A stretch of DNA of 64,000 bases from Candidatus Latescibacterota bacterium (GTDB lineage Bacteria; Latescibacterota; UBA2968; UBA8231). Location: the NCBI GenBank assembly GCA_965215195.1, contig CBDCDC010000002.1, positions 1,216,001 through 1,280,000 of the forward strand, in the 5' to 3' direction. Made by a program: the position numbers and the translations under genes. Below the pieces are notes generated by a model. The model did no database searches. It was not told where the DNA came from and saw nothing but the letters and a program-made list of their open reading frames with translations. This document shows positions 50,317 to 59,590 of this stretch, one piece after another (within the stretch, counting starts at the first letter, position 1; each line of letters starts with the position of its first letter).

Positions 50317-50958
50317 ATGAATGCCACTAAGCTAGCAAAAGTGCTTCTGCTGTTGTCCCTCGGCCTCGGCTCGGTCGCCTTGGCCCTCCACCAAGACAAC
50401 ACCGACAGACGCGACGAGTTGGGCGCACTTAATCAAAGGCTGAAACACTTGGAAACCGTCCAATGGAACTACGAGATCAACGCCGCCCTCAAGGAGAAAC
50501 TACACCGCAAGCTGATCCAATCGGTGGACTTAGGCCGATTCGCCAAGTTCGATGAGTCGGCTGCCGGGGACGGTAAACCCTTTGTCGTCGTCGTATCGAC
50601 GAGTCGGACGTGTGGAGCATGCCTGTTTACCCAACTTGACCAGTGGAAACAGGCTATGACTCAAAGGGGCGTCTCCCACGGCAAGCTGCTGCTGGTCCTA
50701 GGCGACGCCAACGAGCCCCTCAAGCACCAAATCGCCCTCAAGCACAAGGTCGGCATCGTGCCCTTCGCCTTCACCTTCGTGGCTGAGCAGCAACTCGATG
50801 CGCTGCTGTTCCAGTCCGATGCCCGGTCGTCGGTGCCGGTCTCGTTTGTCGTGGACGACGCCTTTCATGTCCTCAACTGGCACTATAGCGACAAAGGAGA
50901 CGAAGAAGCGACAGAGCAATGTATCCAAGATTGGCTGGACCGGTACTTCACCTCGTAA
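50317..50958 (+). CDS. Exported thioredoxin-fold (CGAC) protein, copy 3
   Basis: Close paralog of 41047-41682. Confidence 0.75.
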   Translation: MNATKLAKVLLLLSLGLGSVALALHQDNTDRRDELGALNQRLKHLETVQWNYEINAALKEKLHRKLIQSVDLGRFAKFDESAAGDGKPFVVVVSTSRTCGACLFTQLDQWKQAMTQRGVSHGKLLLVLGDANEPLKHQIALKHKVGIVPFAFTFVAEQQLDALLFQSDARSSVPVSFVVDDAFHVLNWHYSDKGDEEATEQCIQDWLDRYFTS

Positions 50959-51285
50959 ACGGCGATTCCGCGACGCCATTAGTGTCAACCCTTAGTTCGA
51001 TAGAACCCCTCACTATCAATTGACCTAGCCATTGACCGGCGAGTGGACCGTGGATTTCGTTGAACACGGTCCGCTTTGCTAGTCATCAATTCCTTCCTCC
51101 CATCATCACCCGCCCCACTCAACATGACAGGGGCAGGTGCGTTCCTTCCTTGTCATGCTGAGCGAAGTACTATGCGTACCGTCAGTTGTGAATGACGTAG
51201 GATCGCAATAGCTGCTATGTCGATGCCTCGGCGATGAAATCGCAGTCGGCCAGCGGTCTGTAGCGGCGATCCCCTTTTAACGCAC

Positions 51286-51498
51286 TACGTCCCTTTTGAC
51301 GCACTACGTCCCTTTTGACGCACTTTCTCTAACCTGTTGTAAATAAAGCCAGATAGAAGCAATATAGAACATTAGGTGCGTCGAAAGGGTGCAGTTGAAG
51401 CGCGATTCGGCGTTTGGTTTGCGATGCCCCAATTTTTTGTAACTCTCTGTATAACAATTAGTTATGGTCTTGTAGATCAGCTTGGCACGGAATCTGCT
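51286..51498 (+). promoter_or_regulatory. sigma54 promoter module 6 (distal enhancer tandemly duplicated)
   Basis: GCACTACGTCCCTTTTGAC x2; TGCGTCGAAAGGGTGCA at 51377; TGGCACGGAATCTGCT at 51483-51498. Confidence 0.88.
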
Positions 51499-51707
51499 AA
51501 GTGTAAAAGTAGGCCCTAGCCGCTAAGGAGCGGAATTGACGGGCAGATTTTCCACACTCATAAGAGGAGGTCAACCATGACCCTGCACCCCTTAGTCCAG
51601 ATCAGGTATATCTTCGGCCGGAGGAATGGCTCCTACAGGCGTAGCCTCTCTCAACGCCGAGAAGAGACGTAGCCGTACCCCTGCACAAAACCAAAGAGAG
51701 GTGAACG

Positions 51708-52424
51708 ATGAAAAACATGGCGCGGAACATCTCCCTGCTCGTCAATGCGTTCCTCCTGCTACTCATTGCCACTGGCACCCTGTGGGCACTGAAAGAGCTG
51801 CACCGGCAAGACCCGACCGAGGCCGAGCGGCTGGTGAAGGAGAAGACCTACTTCAAGGACTACCTCAACAGCAGCGTCCAAGCTTCGACCAAGCTGGGCC
51901 TGAAATTCCCCGTCATTGAGATGACAGATATCAAAGGCCGGCCTTTGAGCACGGATTTCTCCAAGACCCAAAAGGGAGGAATCGTCGTCGTGCTCAGCCA
52001 ACTGGCGTGCCAGCCCTGCCTCAAGCCGCAGATGCAGATCCTGCAGCACATCTACGAGCGTCTCGCCGATCCGGAGGCGATGCCCATTTACTGCATCGCC
52101 AGAATGAGCGAGCGGAAGTTTTCGGACTATGTGCGGACGTTCCAGATCACTTTTCCGGTTGCGTCGGACACGACCGGGTACTTCAACGAGACGCCTTTTG
52201 GCGAACCGACCCCGGCCGTATTTGTAATTGACGAGAACAACACGGTCGTCAACGTCCATATCCCCGTGCAGGAGAAGCCGCACCTTTCGGTCATTTTCTA
52301 CAACGAGTTGAAGCCTTGGTTCGACTTGGCCAAGCCGCTCGCTTTCAAGTTCAAAGGCGTGAAGTACTACGACGTCATCACCAACAAGGCCGATTTGAGC
52401 TCGGTCAAGCACTTGCTCTACTGA
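51708..52424 (+). CDS. Membrane-anchored redoxin/TlpA-like protein (CQPC)
   Basis: N-terminal TM, FPVIEMTDIKG, ACQPC, ITFPVASD, TPAVFVIDENN. Confidence 0.78.
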   Translation: MKNMARNISLLVNAFLLLLIATGTLWALKELHRQDPTEAERLVKEKTYFKDYLNSSVQASTKLGLKFPVIEMTDIKGRPLSTDFSKTQKGGIVVVLSQLACQPCLKPQMQILQHIYERLADPEAMPIYCIARMSERKFSDYVRTFQITFPVASDTTGYFNETPFGEPTPAVFVIDENNTVVNVHIPVQEKPHLSVIFYNELKPWFDLAKPLAFKFKGVKYYDVITNKADLSSVKHLLY

Positions 52425-52455
52425 CCGGCCACCTATCGCAAGGGAGGACAACGAG

Positions 52456-54186
52456 ATGATAGTCAAGGAATTTGCCATGCGCTTCGCCCGGTACATCAAA
52501 CCGTACTGGTGGCAAAGTTCAATCGTATTCGCCTTCATGGTCTTGGCAACGGCCAGTTCGCTCGCCTTCCCCTATATCCTGATGGTCCTCATCGACGAGG
52601 CCCTGCCCGACGAGGACTACTATTTATTGGGCATCCTGCTGGCCACGCTATTCGGTATCATCGTCTTGAACATAATCAGCGTTTTTATTGCCGAGTATCT
52701 GTATCGCTGGGTCGGCAACCTCGTCGTGTTTGAGATGCGGAGCGAGTTGTTCAGCCACCTGCTGCGCCTGCCGCTAAGTTTCTTCAAACGCAACAAGACC
52801 GGGGATATCGCTCACCGGCTCAACAACGATGTGCAGATCGTCCAGAAAACGCTCACTTCCGGCGTACTGAAGCTCATCAACAGCGTGCTGACTTTGGTCA
52901 GTTTGGGGGCGGTGCTGATATGGCTAGACGCTCCCCTTTTCTTTGGCCTGAGCCTGCTCGTGCCCTGCTTCATCGTGAACCTCAAGTACTTCCAGCCCAA
53001 AGTAGGCAAGGTGGCCGAGGCAACCCAACACAAGACTTCGGATATACTGGGGTTTTTTATCGAGCGTTTCGACAACATCAAACTCGTCCAGTCGTACAAC
53101 ACATACCGACACGAGAGCGACAAGTTGGGCCGACGACAGAGTGAGTTGTTCGATCTGGAAATGCGTAGCACTGCGTTGAATCTTTCCGCTGGTTCCATCG
53201 CGTCCTTTATCATGTCCTTGGCTCCTGTTGTCATCCTCGGTTGGGGAGGGCATCAAGTCATGCAGGGCGCACTCGGCTTGGGGGCGCTAATCGCCTTTTT
53301 CCAATACTTCATGCGCATTTTCGGACCCTTGGAGAGCCTGAATCAACTGTACATAGATTGCGTCCGGGCGTCGGTTTCTCTGCGGCGAATTGTGGAATTC
53401 ATGGACGTACCGGCGGAGGTTGACGCAGAGCCGGAGCGGGCCAAACCCTTCTCGTTCAAGAATAAGATAGTGTTCAAAGGCGTGGATTTTGCCTACAACG
53501 GGCACCCTGTACTCAGCCGTTTTGATTTGGAGATTGAAAAGGGCAAGACCTACGCGCTCGTCGGGGCGAGCGGTTGCGGCAAAAGCACGGTTGTCGATCT
53601 GTTGTGCCGTTTTTACCAGCCGCAAAAAGGCGAGATCGCCATAGACGACGCGCCTTGCCGGGCCTTTGGTCTGGGCAAGTACCGGGACCGCATCGGCTTG
53701 GTGTCGCAAGAAGCGCAACTCTTCCGCGATTCGGTGCTCGAAAACATACGCTATGGCCGGTTGGAAAGTTCCAAAGAAGAGATCGAACGCGCGGCCGAGG
53801 AACTCGATATCAACGGTGCAGCCATCCACGCGTCCGAGGACTCCTTGGCGACGGTATGCGACTCCAAAGCCAACCTGTCGGGTGGACAGAAACAGCGGAT
53901 AGCCCTAGCGAGGGCCGTGCTGAAAAACCCCGAGATCATCGTACTGGACGAGGCGACTTCAGCTCTCGACTCGGAGAGCGAGGAGAAGCTGTTGCGCCGG
54001 CTCAAGGGCCAAGCCGACGACAAGACGGTCATCATCGTCAGCCACCGGCTCAGTGCCGTTAGGGAGGTCGATGAGATCGTCTGCATGGACGAGGGGAAAA
54101 TTGTCGAGAAAGGCACTCATGCCGAATTGATGGAGAAAAAAGGCCACTATTGGGAACTGTTCAAAACCCAGATTGCGAACAATTAA
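52456..54186 (+). CDS. ABC exporter, fused permease-ATPase (no C39 peptidase domain)
   Basis: TM domain, GASGCGKST, LSGGQKQRIALARA, LDEATSALD, SHRLS. Confidence 0.95.
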   Translation: MIVKEFAMRFARYIKPYWWQSSIVFAFMVLATASSLAFPYILMVLIDEALPDEDYYLLGILLATLFGIIVLNIISVFIAEYLYRWVGNLVVFEMRSELFSHLLRLPLSFFKRNKTGDIAHRLNNDVQIVQKTLTSGVLKLINSVLTLVSLGAVLIWLDAPLFFGLSLLVPCFIVNLKYFQPKVGKVAEATQHKTSDILGFFIERFDNIKLVQSYNTYRHESDKLGRRQSELFDLEMRSTALNLSAGSIASFIMSLAPVVILGWGGHQVMQGALGLGALIAFFQYFMRIFGPLESLNQLYIDCVRASVSLRRIVEFMDVPAEVDAEPERAKPFSFKNKIVFKGVDFAYNGHPVLSRFDLEIEKGKTYALVGASGCGKSTVVDLLCRFYQPQKGEIAIDDAPCRAFGLGKYRDRIGLVSQEAQLFRDSVLENIRYGRLESSKEEIERAAEELDINGAAIHASEDSLATVCDSKANLSGGQKQRIALARAVLKNPEIIVLDEATSALDSESEEKLLRRLKGQADDKTVIIVSHRLSAVREVDEIVCMDEGKIVEKGTHAELMEKKGHYWELFKTQIANN

Positions 54187-54202
54187 AAAAAGGGAGACCA
54201 GG

Positions 54203-56140
54203 ATGAATACCAATGAGAAGTTGCAGACGCTCGACTTTACCCGTTTGACCGGACGCGGGGTCAAGGTCGCGGTAGTTGACAGCGGTATTGAACCCAATCA
54301 TCCCAAGATCGGCCCTATTGCCGGCGGAGTTGGTTTATATGCGCTTGCCGAGGGCGGTATCCAACGCGAGGACGATTTCTCTGACCGGGCCGGTCACGGT
54401 ACGGCCTGCGCGGGCATTATCCGCAAACTGGCCCCGGAAGCCGAACTCTACGGGGTACGCGTTTTTGACGAGTCTCTGACCACGGATGGGCAGTCGCTGG
54501 TCGCAGCCGTTGCTTGGGCCATAGAAGAGGGCATGGACGTAGTCAATCTCAGTTTAGGGACGATTGACCCCGCGTACAAGAGGCCCTTGGCGGAGATATG
54601 CCGCAAGGCCGTGGAAGCCAATCTGATTCTGGTGGGTTCCCAGCACAACGAGGGCATGGAAAGCTATCCAGCGGAATTAGCCGACGTAATCGGCGTCACT
54701 TGGGGAAAAATCTACGACCGCTACGGGTACTACTACCGGCGCGGGCAGGCCATTGAGTGCGTGGCGCGGGGCGATCAGCAGCGTCTGTGCTGGCTGGACG
54801 GAGGAGAGACGATCACCGGCGGAACCAGTTTTGCCGCGCCCCACATAGCGGGGATTGTCGCCTTAATCCGCCAACGCTTTCCCGGAGCGGGGTTGACCCA
54901 AGTACGGGAGATTTTGGCGGCAAATGCCTTAGAGTCGGAGGGGCCTGTCGCGTCGGATATCGCTGTCGAACGGCCGGGTTTTCCCAGCTACGAGTGGATC
55001 GACCGGGCGGCCCTGTATCCGTACAACAAGGAAATGCACGCGCTGGTGCGCCACGCGAAGCATTTGCATTTCACCATCGCTGGCATCGCCGATCCGGTCG
55101 GCAAAGGTCTGGTCGGCAAGGACGCCGGCGAGGCTATTGGCGTTGAGCCGTTAGGTGTGCGCATTGTCCCCAAACTCGAGGACGCGCTACGGGGAGCCGA
55201 TACCCTCGTGTTGGGGTACGTCGATCAGCTATCTCAGTTGAGCAAAAAGGACTTGCTGCGCGAGGCCATACAGACGGCGTTGGAGCGGGGGCTCAATGTG
55301 TTCAGCTTCCTAGCGGTTGATCCAGAGACCTACGCCGACTTGTACGATTTGGCGCAGAGCAAGGGGTTGCGTTTGGAGTTCCCGGATTTCGATTTCGCCG
55401 ATGTCCAAAGGTGCCTTGCAGCCCAAGGCTCCGAGCGCACCGTGGATGTGCCGGTGGTCGGGGTTTTCGGCACGAGCTCCCAACAGGGCAAGTTCACCTT
55501 GCAACTCGCATTGCGGCAAAAGCTGATTGAGCAAGGATACACAGTTGGTCAACTGGGCACCGAGCACCATTCGGCCCTGTTCGGGATGGATTTTTCCTTC
55601 CCCATGGGCTACGCCGCGCCCAGAGACCTGCCGTTGCAATACTACGGTCCGTACTTAGACCACAAGATGCGCGAGATTAACGCGGCGAAAAAACCGGATA
55701 TCATCTTAGTCGGCTGTCAGTCGGGCACCATACCCTATGATGTCGCCAACCACAACTCCCATACCGAGCCGTCGATCCACTTCCTGTTGGGGACCAAACC
55801 AGACGCCTGCATTTTAGTGGTCAACAGCACGGATTCGGATGCGTATATCCAAGACACCATGGATGGCATACGCATATTGGGCAAAGCCCCGGTCGTATTG
55901 CTGGCGATGAGCGACAAGGAGAAACACGCCCGGTCGGTCTATGGCAAAACTTGGGTTTCCTCTCGTCAGATGAGCGAGGGTGAGATAAAGGGCCACTTGG
56001 AGCGCTTAGAGGCTTCGTTTGGCTTGCCAGTGGTGGCGATTGTTGCCGAGGAGGGGCAGCAGCGAATGGTCGATATTGTCGTCAACCATTTTGCCGCAGA
56101 GAGTCGGCCAGCGTCCGAAGAGATTAAAAAGGCCGGGTAG
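54203..56140 (+). CDS. S8 (subtilisin-like) peptidase fused to DUF1611-like P-loop domain
   Basis: Triad VAVVDSGI / GHGTACAG / GTSFAAPH; C-terminal PVVGVFGTSSQQGKFTLQL..GTE..PDIILVGCQS; no signal peptide. Confidence 0.85.
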   Translation: MNTNEKLQTLDFTRLTGRGVKVAVVDSGIEPNHPKIGPIAGGVGLYALAEGGIQREDDFSDRAGHGTACAGIIRKLAPEAELYGVRVFDESLTTDGQSLVAAVAWAIEEGMDVVNLSLGTIDPAYKRPLAEICRKAVEANLILVGSQHNEGMESYPAELADVIGVTWGKIYDRYGYYYRRGQAIECVARGDQQRLCWLDGGETITGGTSFAAPHIAGIVALIRQRFPGAGLTQVREILAANALESEGPVASDIAVERPGFPSYEWIDRAALYPYNKEMHALVRHAKHLHFTIAGIADPVGKGLVGKDAGEAIGVEPLGVRIVPKLEDALRGADTLVLGYVDQLSQLSKKDLLREAIQTALERGLNVFSFLAVDPETYADLYDLAQSKGLRLEFPDFDFADVQRCLAAQGSERTVDVPVVGVFGTSSQQGKFTLQLALRQKLIEQGYTVGQLGTEHHSALFGMDFSFPMGYAAPRDLPLQYYGPYLDHKMREINAAKKPDIILVGCQSGTIPYDVANHNSHTEPSIHFLLGTKPDACILVVNSTDSDAYIQDTMDGIRILGKAPVVLLAMSDKEKHARSVYGKTWVSSRQMSEGEIKGHLERLEASFGLPVVAIVAEEGQQRMVDIVVNHFAAESRPASEEIKKAG

Positions 56141-56174
56141 TGATGCTTCGGCTAGCTTTCGCTAGCACATGTCG

Positions 56175-56415
56175 ACTGGATTGAACTGATCGCTGGCGGT
56201 CTTCTGCTGTTAGACATTTGGCCGCGCAGCAATGCGTTGGTCGTGTTCGGGCTATTGGTGGTTTTCAGCACGGCACTGGGCATCAATATGTACCGCGGCA
56301 ACGATGTGACGTGCGGTTGTTTTGGGGGCGACGGAGGAGCTTCGCTGACTTGGACTTTGTTGCGCGACCTACTTTTGGCGGGGGAGCTATGGTGCTGCTG
56401 GTGCGGAAGGAGCAG
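56175..56415 (+). pseudogene. MauE/DoxX 3' remnant
   Basis: WIELIAGGLLLLDIWPRSNALVV...TCGCFGGDGG near-identical to 37142-37567; 5' half missing. Confidence 0.8.
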
Positions 56416-56482
56416 AAAAATACTACACGACGGAGCCACCATTCAAGATGGAATCCAACGGATGTGCCGGAGGTTATAGACC

Positions 56483-56562
56483 ATGGATAGAAGAAGGCTG
56501 GAACACCGCATTAAGGAGAGGGTCGTCAAGGCACTAGAACTCGACATTGCACCTAGCGATAT
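56483..56562 (+). pseudogene. ACP N-terminal remnant
   Basis: GGAGG RBS; MDRRRLEHRIKERVVKALELDIAPSDI parallels the ACP at 36397; interrupted by IS630-like fragment. Confidence 0.65.
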
Positions 56563-56770
56563 AGCAATCCTAAATCATTTAAGAGCTAATGTATATTGCA
56601 TCAATTTTGGAAAATGGAAGTATTTTTTTCGTCGAATGCCCTTTACGAACAGGTCTTTGATCGGTTCAAAACAGGTCGTCGACAGCGCATGGGTACGAAC
56701 AAAGGTCTTGCCTTGTAACCAGATGTCCTCGACCGGATTTTCTTGCGGGGTATACGGGGCCAATCGCGTA
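56563..56770 (-). mobile_element. IS630-family transposase C-terminal remnant
   Basis: APYTPQENPVEDIWLQGK matches the IS630 PxYSPELNPIE.W motif. Confidence 0.75.
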
Positions 56771-56780
56771 CCGTCTAGGC

Positions 56781-56903
56781 CGCGTCATACGGGGCGGCGA
56801 CTTTATGGCTCCTGTCATATACCTGCGGTCAGCGAGCCGCAGGGCTAGTGAACCCGACGAACGTGATTATAGCACTGGTGTGCGCCTTTTGAAGATGCGT
56901 TGA
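56781..56903 (+). pseudogene. FGE-sulfatase gene 3' remnant
   Basis: RVIRGGDFMAPVIY...TGVRLLKMR* parallels the end of 44512-45498, including the downstream UTR. Confidence 0.75.
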
Positions 56904-56969
56904 GCTTTGTGCTCGTTACAAGGATGAGGAGGAGGCATTCGGCCGCTAGTAGGGAAGGAGATCATTGCC

Positions 56970-57099
56970 ATGAATGCCGCTAAGGTGCCCGTTTCGTTTG
57001 TCGTGGACGACGCCTACTGGCACTATAGCGACAAAGGAGACGAAGAGGCGACGGAGCAGTGTATCCAAGACTGGCTGAACCGGTACTTCACTTCGTAAA
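56970..57099 (+). pseudogene. Internally deleted CGAC thioredoxin-like gene
   Basis: MNAAK joined to VPVSFVVDDA..WHYSDKGDEEATEQCIQDWLNRYFTS*. Confidence 0.8.
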
Positions 57100-57121
57100 C
57101 GGCGATTCCGCAACCCGCAGA

Positions 57122-58882
57122 TTAGTGTCCCGCCGCATCGTCCACCGCTTGATACGCAACCATCTCCCAGCCGTGAAACACCACCGCCAAGCCAATATGC
57201 CGCACCGACGGGTGGCGGCGGCGCAGGGACGGGTCTGCCAAATAGCCGCGCACCTGAAGCACGGCCTCCTGCACCTTGTCCGCCACAACGGATTCGTCGA
57301 GCGACTCGCTTCGTTTCACATACTTCAGTTCCAACACATAGCCGAAACCCACGTCAGGGTATTGGGCGAGGAACGGCTCCAAATACAAATCCGCGTACCC
57401 CTTGTTCAGTTCGTACTCCGAGTGCAGTAGAAACTGATCCACCAGGCTCAAGTGGGCGGCGACAAAACCGTGAATCACCTTCTCGCCATCCATGTAGTCG
57501 CGGATGCCGGTTTGCTCGGCGAGGGCATCGCGCAAAAAATCCAAGGCCGGCCGCCAAGCGCCGTCGTAGGCCATCTGGCGCATCAGACGGGAGAAGGTGT
57601 ACCCATCGACGGAGAACACGTCCACATCGTCGTAGGCATCGCGCAGGTAGCCGTACATTAGCCGCTTGACCGTTTGATTGGGAATGCCCAGCCGGGGCAC
57701 TCCGTGCGCCACGGCGCGAATGCTGAGCAGGCCGAAGTAATACAGCAGGGACAGGAAGTTTTCGCGTTGGTCTAACTGTTCTAGCGGAAAACTGATTTGA
57801 ATGTCACTCTCGGCGGTCTGCTCGCCGATGATGTGGCGCAGCAGGTCGAAGTTGCCGTTGAGTTGGCGGTTGACCGTCAGCAGGTGGCGCAACTTGCCGT
57901 AGTCGATGCGCACGTTGGTGTCGAGCAATTCCCGCGGTCCCCGTTTGTTCGGCATGGATTTGTGTAAAAAGTAGAGGACCATGTCGGTGTTGTAGAGGTC
58001 GCCCTCGGCCTCATCGGCGAAGCGATAGCCGTTGTACCACTCGCGCATCACCGCCAGCACGGCTTCGACATCCTGATTGAACACGCCGCAGTCGCGGTAT
58101 AGCTCCAGCACCTCCCGCACCTCGGCCTCGGTGAAGCCGAGCATGTTGTTGAACTCTGGTTCCAAGCTGATGTTGCTGCCGATATTGAAGCCGCTGGTGA
58201 CGTCGTCCATGGTAATCGGCGACACGCCGGTGATGAACAACCGCTCCAAGCCGCCGCTTCGCCCGGCTCCGGCCTTCAGCACGGCAAAAAAATTGCGATA
58301 GAAACCACCACCGTGGGTGAAGGACTGGTAGGCTTCGGCCCCGCGATGCGCCAGCACGGTGTTGGCAAAATTGTCGTACTCGTCGATGAGCACATACAGC
58401 GGAATGCCATGGTCACCCGCGTACAGAAACAGCGCGGCGAGCTTGGCGTCAATGGAGGGCGGCGAGAGAATGCGTTGTCTCGCCTCTTGGGGAAACAGAT
58501 CTCGATTGCGCCTGAGTGCGTGGTCGAGTTCCAAGTGACAGTACATCTCAAAGCGTTCCCGCAGGGTTTCTAAGGTGTCATCGAACGCCGAAAAGTCAAA
58601 GCGCAGGACGACGTAGCGATGGCGGTTTTCCGTCGGCTGCCGCCCCAAATACGTGCCGCCGAAGATAGCCTCAAATTCATCGGCGCGGGTGCGGTCGTAG
58701 TAGTTTTCCAGCAGGGACACCCAGCAGGACTTGCCAAAGCGACGCGGACGAATCAGAAAGACGTAGCGTTCCTCTTCTAAGGCGTGGACAAAGCGGGTCT
58801 TATCGACGTAGAGGCGGTTTTCCAAGCGGATGGCGCGGAAATCAGCCCAACCGTAGGGAATGCGCGGGTAGGATGCGGCCAT
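57122..58882 (-). CDS. AAA-ATPase-like / PD-(D/E)XK nuclease protein, copy 3
   Basis: RPRRFGKS, LIDEYD, GYADL..ELKY; 586 aa. Confidence 0.9.
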   Translation of the reverse strand: MAASYPRIPYGWADFRAIRLENRLYVDKTRFVHALEEERYVFLIRPRRFGKSCWVSLLENYYDRTRADEFEAIFGGTYLGRQPTENRHRYVVLRFDFSAFDDTLETLRERFEMYCHLELDHALRRNRDLFPQEARQRILSPPSIDAKLAALFLYAGDHGIPLYVLIDEYDNFANTVLAHRGAEAYQSFTHGGGFYRNFFAVLKAGAGRSGGLERLFITGVSPITMDDVTSGFNIGSNISLEPEFNNMLGFTEAEVREVLELYRDCGVFNQDVEAVLAVMREWYNGYRFADEAEGDLYNTDMVLYFLHKSMPNKRGPRELLDTNVRIDYGKLRHLLTVNRQLNGNFDLLRHIIGEQTAESDIQISFPLEQLDQRENFLSLLYYFGLLSIRAVAHGVPRLGIPNQTVKRLMYGYLRDAYDDVDVFSVDGYTFSRLMRQMAYDGAWRPALDFLRDALAEQTGIRDYMDGEKVIHGFVAAHLSLVDQFLLHSEYELNKGYADLYLEPFLAQYPDVGFGYVLELKYVKRSESLDESVVADKVQEAVLQVRGYLADPSLRRRHPSVRHIGLAVVFHGWEMVAYQAVDDAAGH

Positions 58883-58984
58883 GGCGGCTCCTCAAACGAG
58901 GGGATGGTCCTGAGCGTAACGATTGAGCGCAACCAGCGCAACGTGTGCATGGCTGCCGCAGCGGCGAGCGCACTTTTAACGCAC

Positions 58985-59177
58985 TACGTCCCTTTTGACG
59001 CACTTGATCTAACCTATTGTAAAGACGTGAGATAGGCGCAAAGTGGAGCATTAGGTGCGTCGAAAGGGTGCAATCACAGCGCGATTCATCATCTTGTATG
59101 AAATACTCCGATTTCTTGTAACTATTTGTCTATCAGTCAGTTATGTCTTTTTAAGTCGGTTTGGCACGGAATGTGCT
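58985..59177 (+). promoter_or_regulatory. sigma54 promoter module 7
   Basis: Enhancers at 58985 and 59056; TATCAGTCAGTTA; TGGCACGGAATGTGCT at 59162-59177. Confidence 0.88.
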
Positions 59178-59590
59178 TATATAGTAGGTGAGCACGAAAG
59201 TAAGCCGTTGTTGGTCTCAGACGCTACGGCGCAGAGACCGACGGGCAGGCTTTCCATCCACCCCATAAGAGGAGGGAACAATGAACCGCTTTTATCAACA
59301 TCCGCTCTCGCCTGCTTGGACAACGGCTCGCTCTCGTGCTGCGCTGGTAGAGCCATCGTCAAAGTCGAGAAGGTATGTAGCCATGAGCCTGCACAAGTCC
59401 GTGATCTACGGCCCGGCCATGCGAAGCCGCGCAGGCATTTGCCGCTGTCGGCTGCTGTTCCTTCTCGCGCCATGACAACGCCTTTACCGGCATCACTTAG
59501 GGCTACCCATCAGGAGGCCCTGTCGCGACGCCCTTGGCGTCACCACTTGGTTCGATAGAACCACCTACTTATTACTCAAGGAGCATAGCT

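Noticed and set aside
44512-56903. Diversity-generating retroelement acting on FGE domains or peptide cores
   Set aside because: No reverse transcriptase and no TR/VR pair with adenine-specific differences visible; cores differ by indels and all base types
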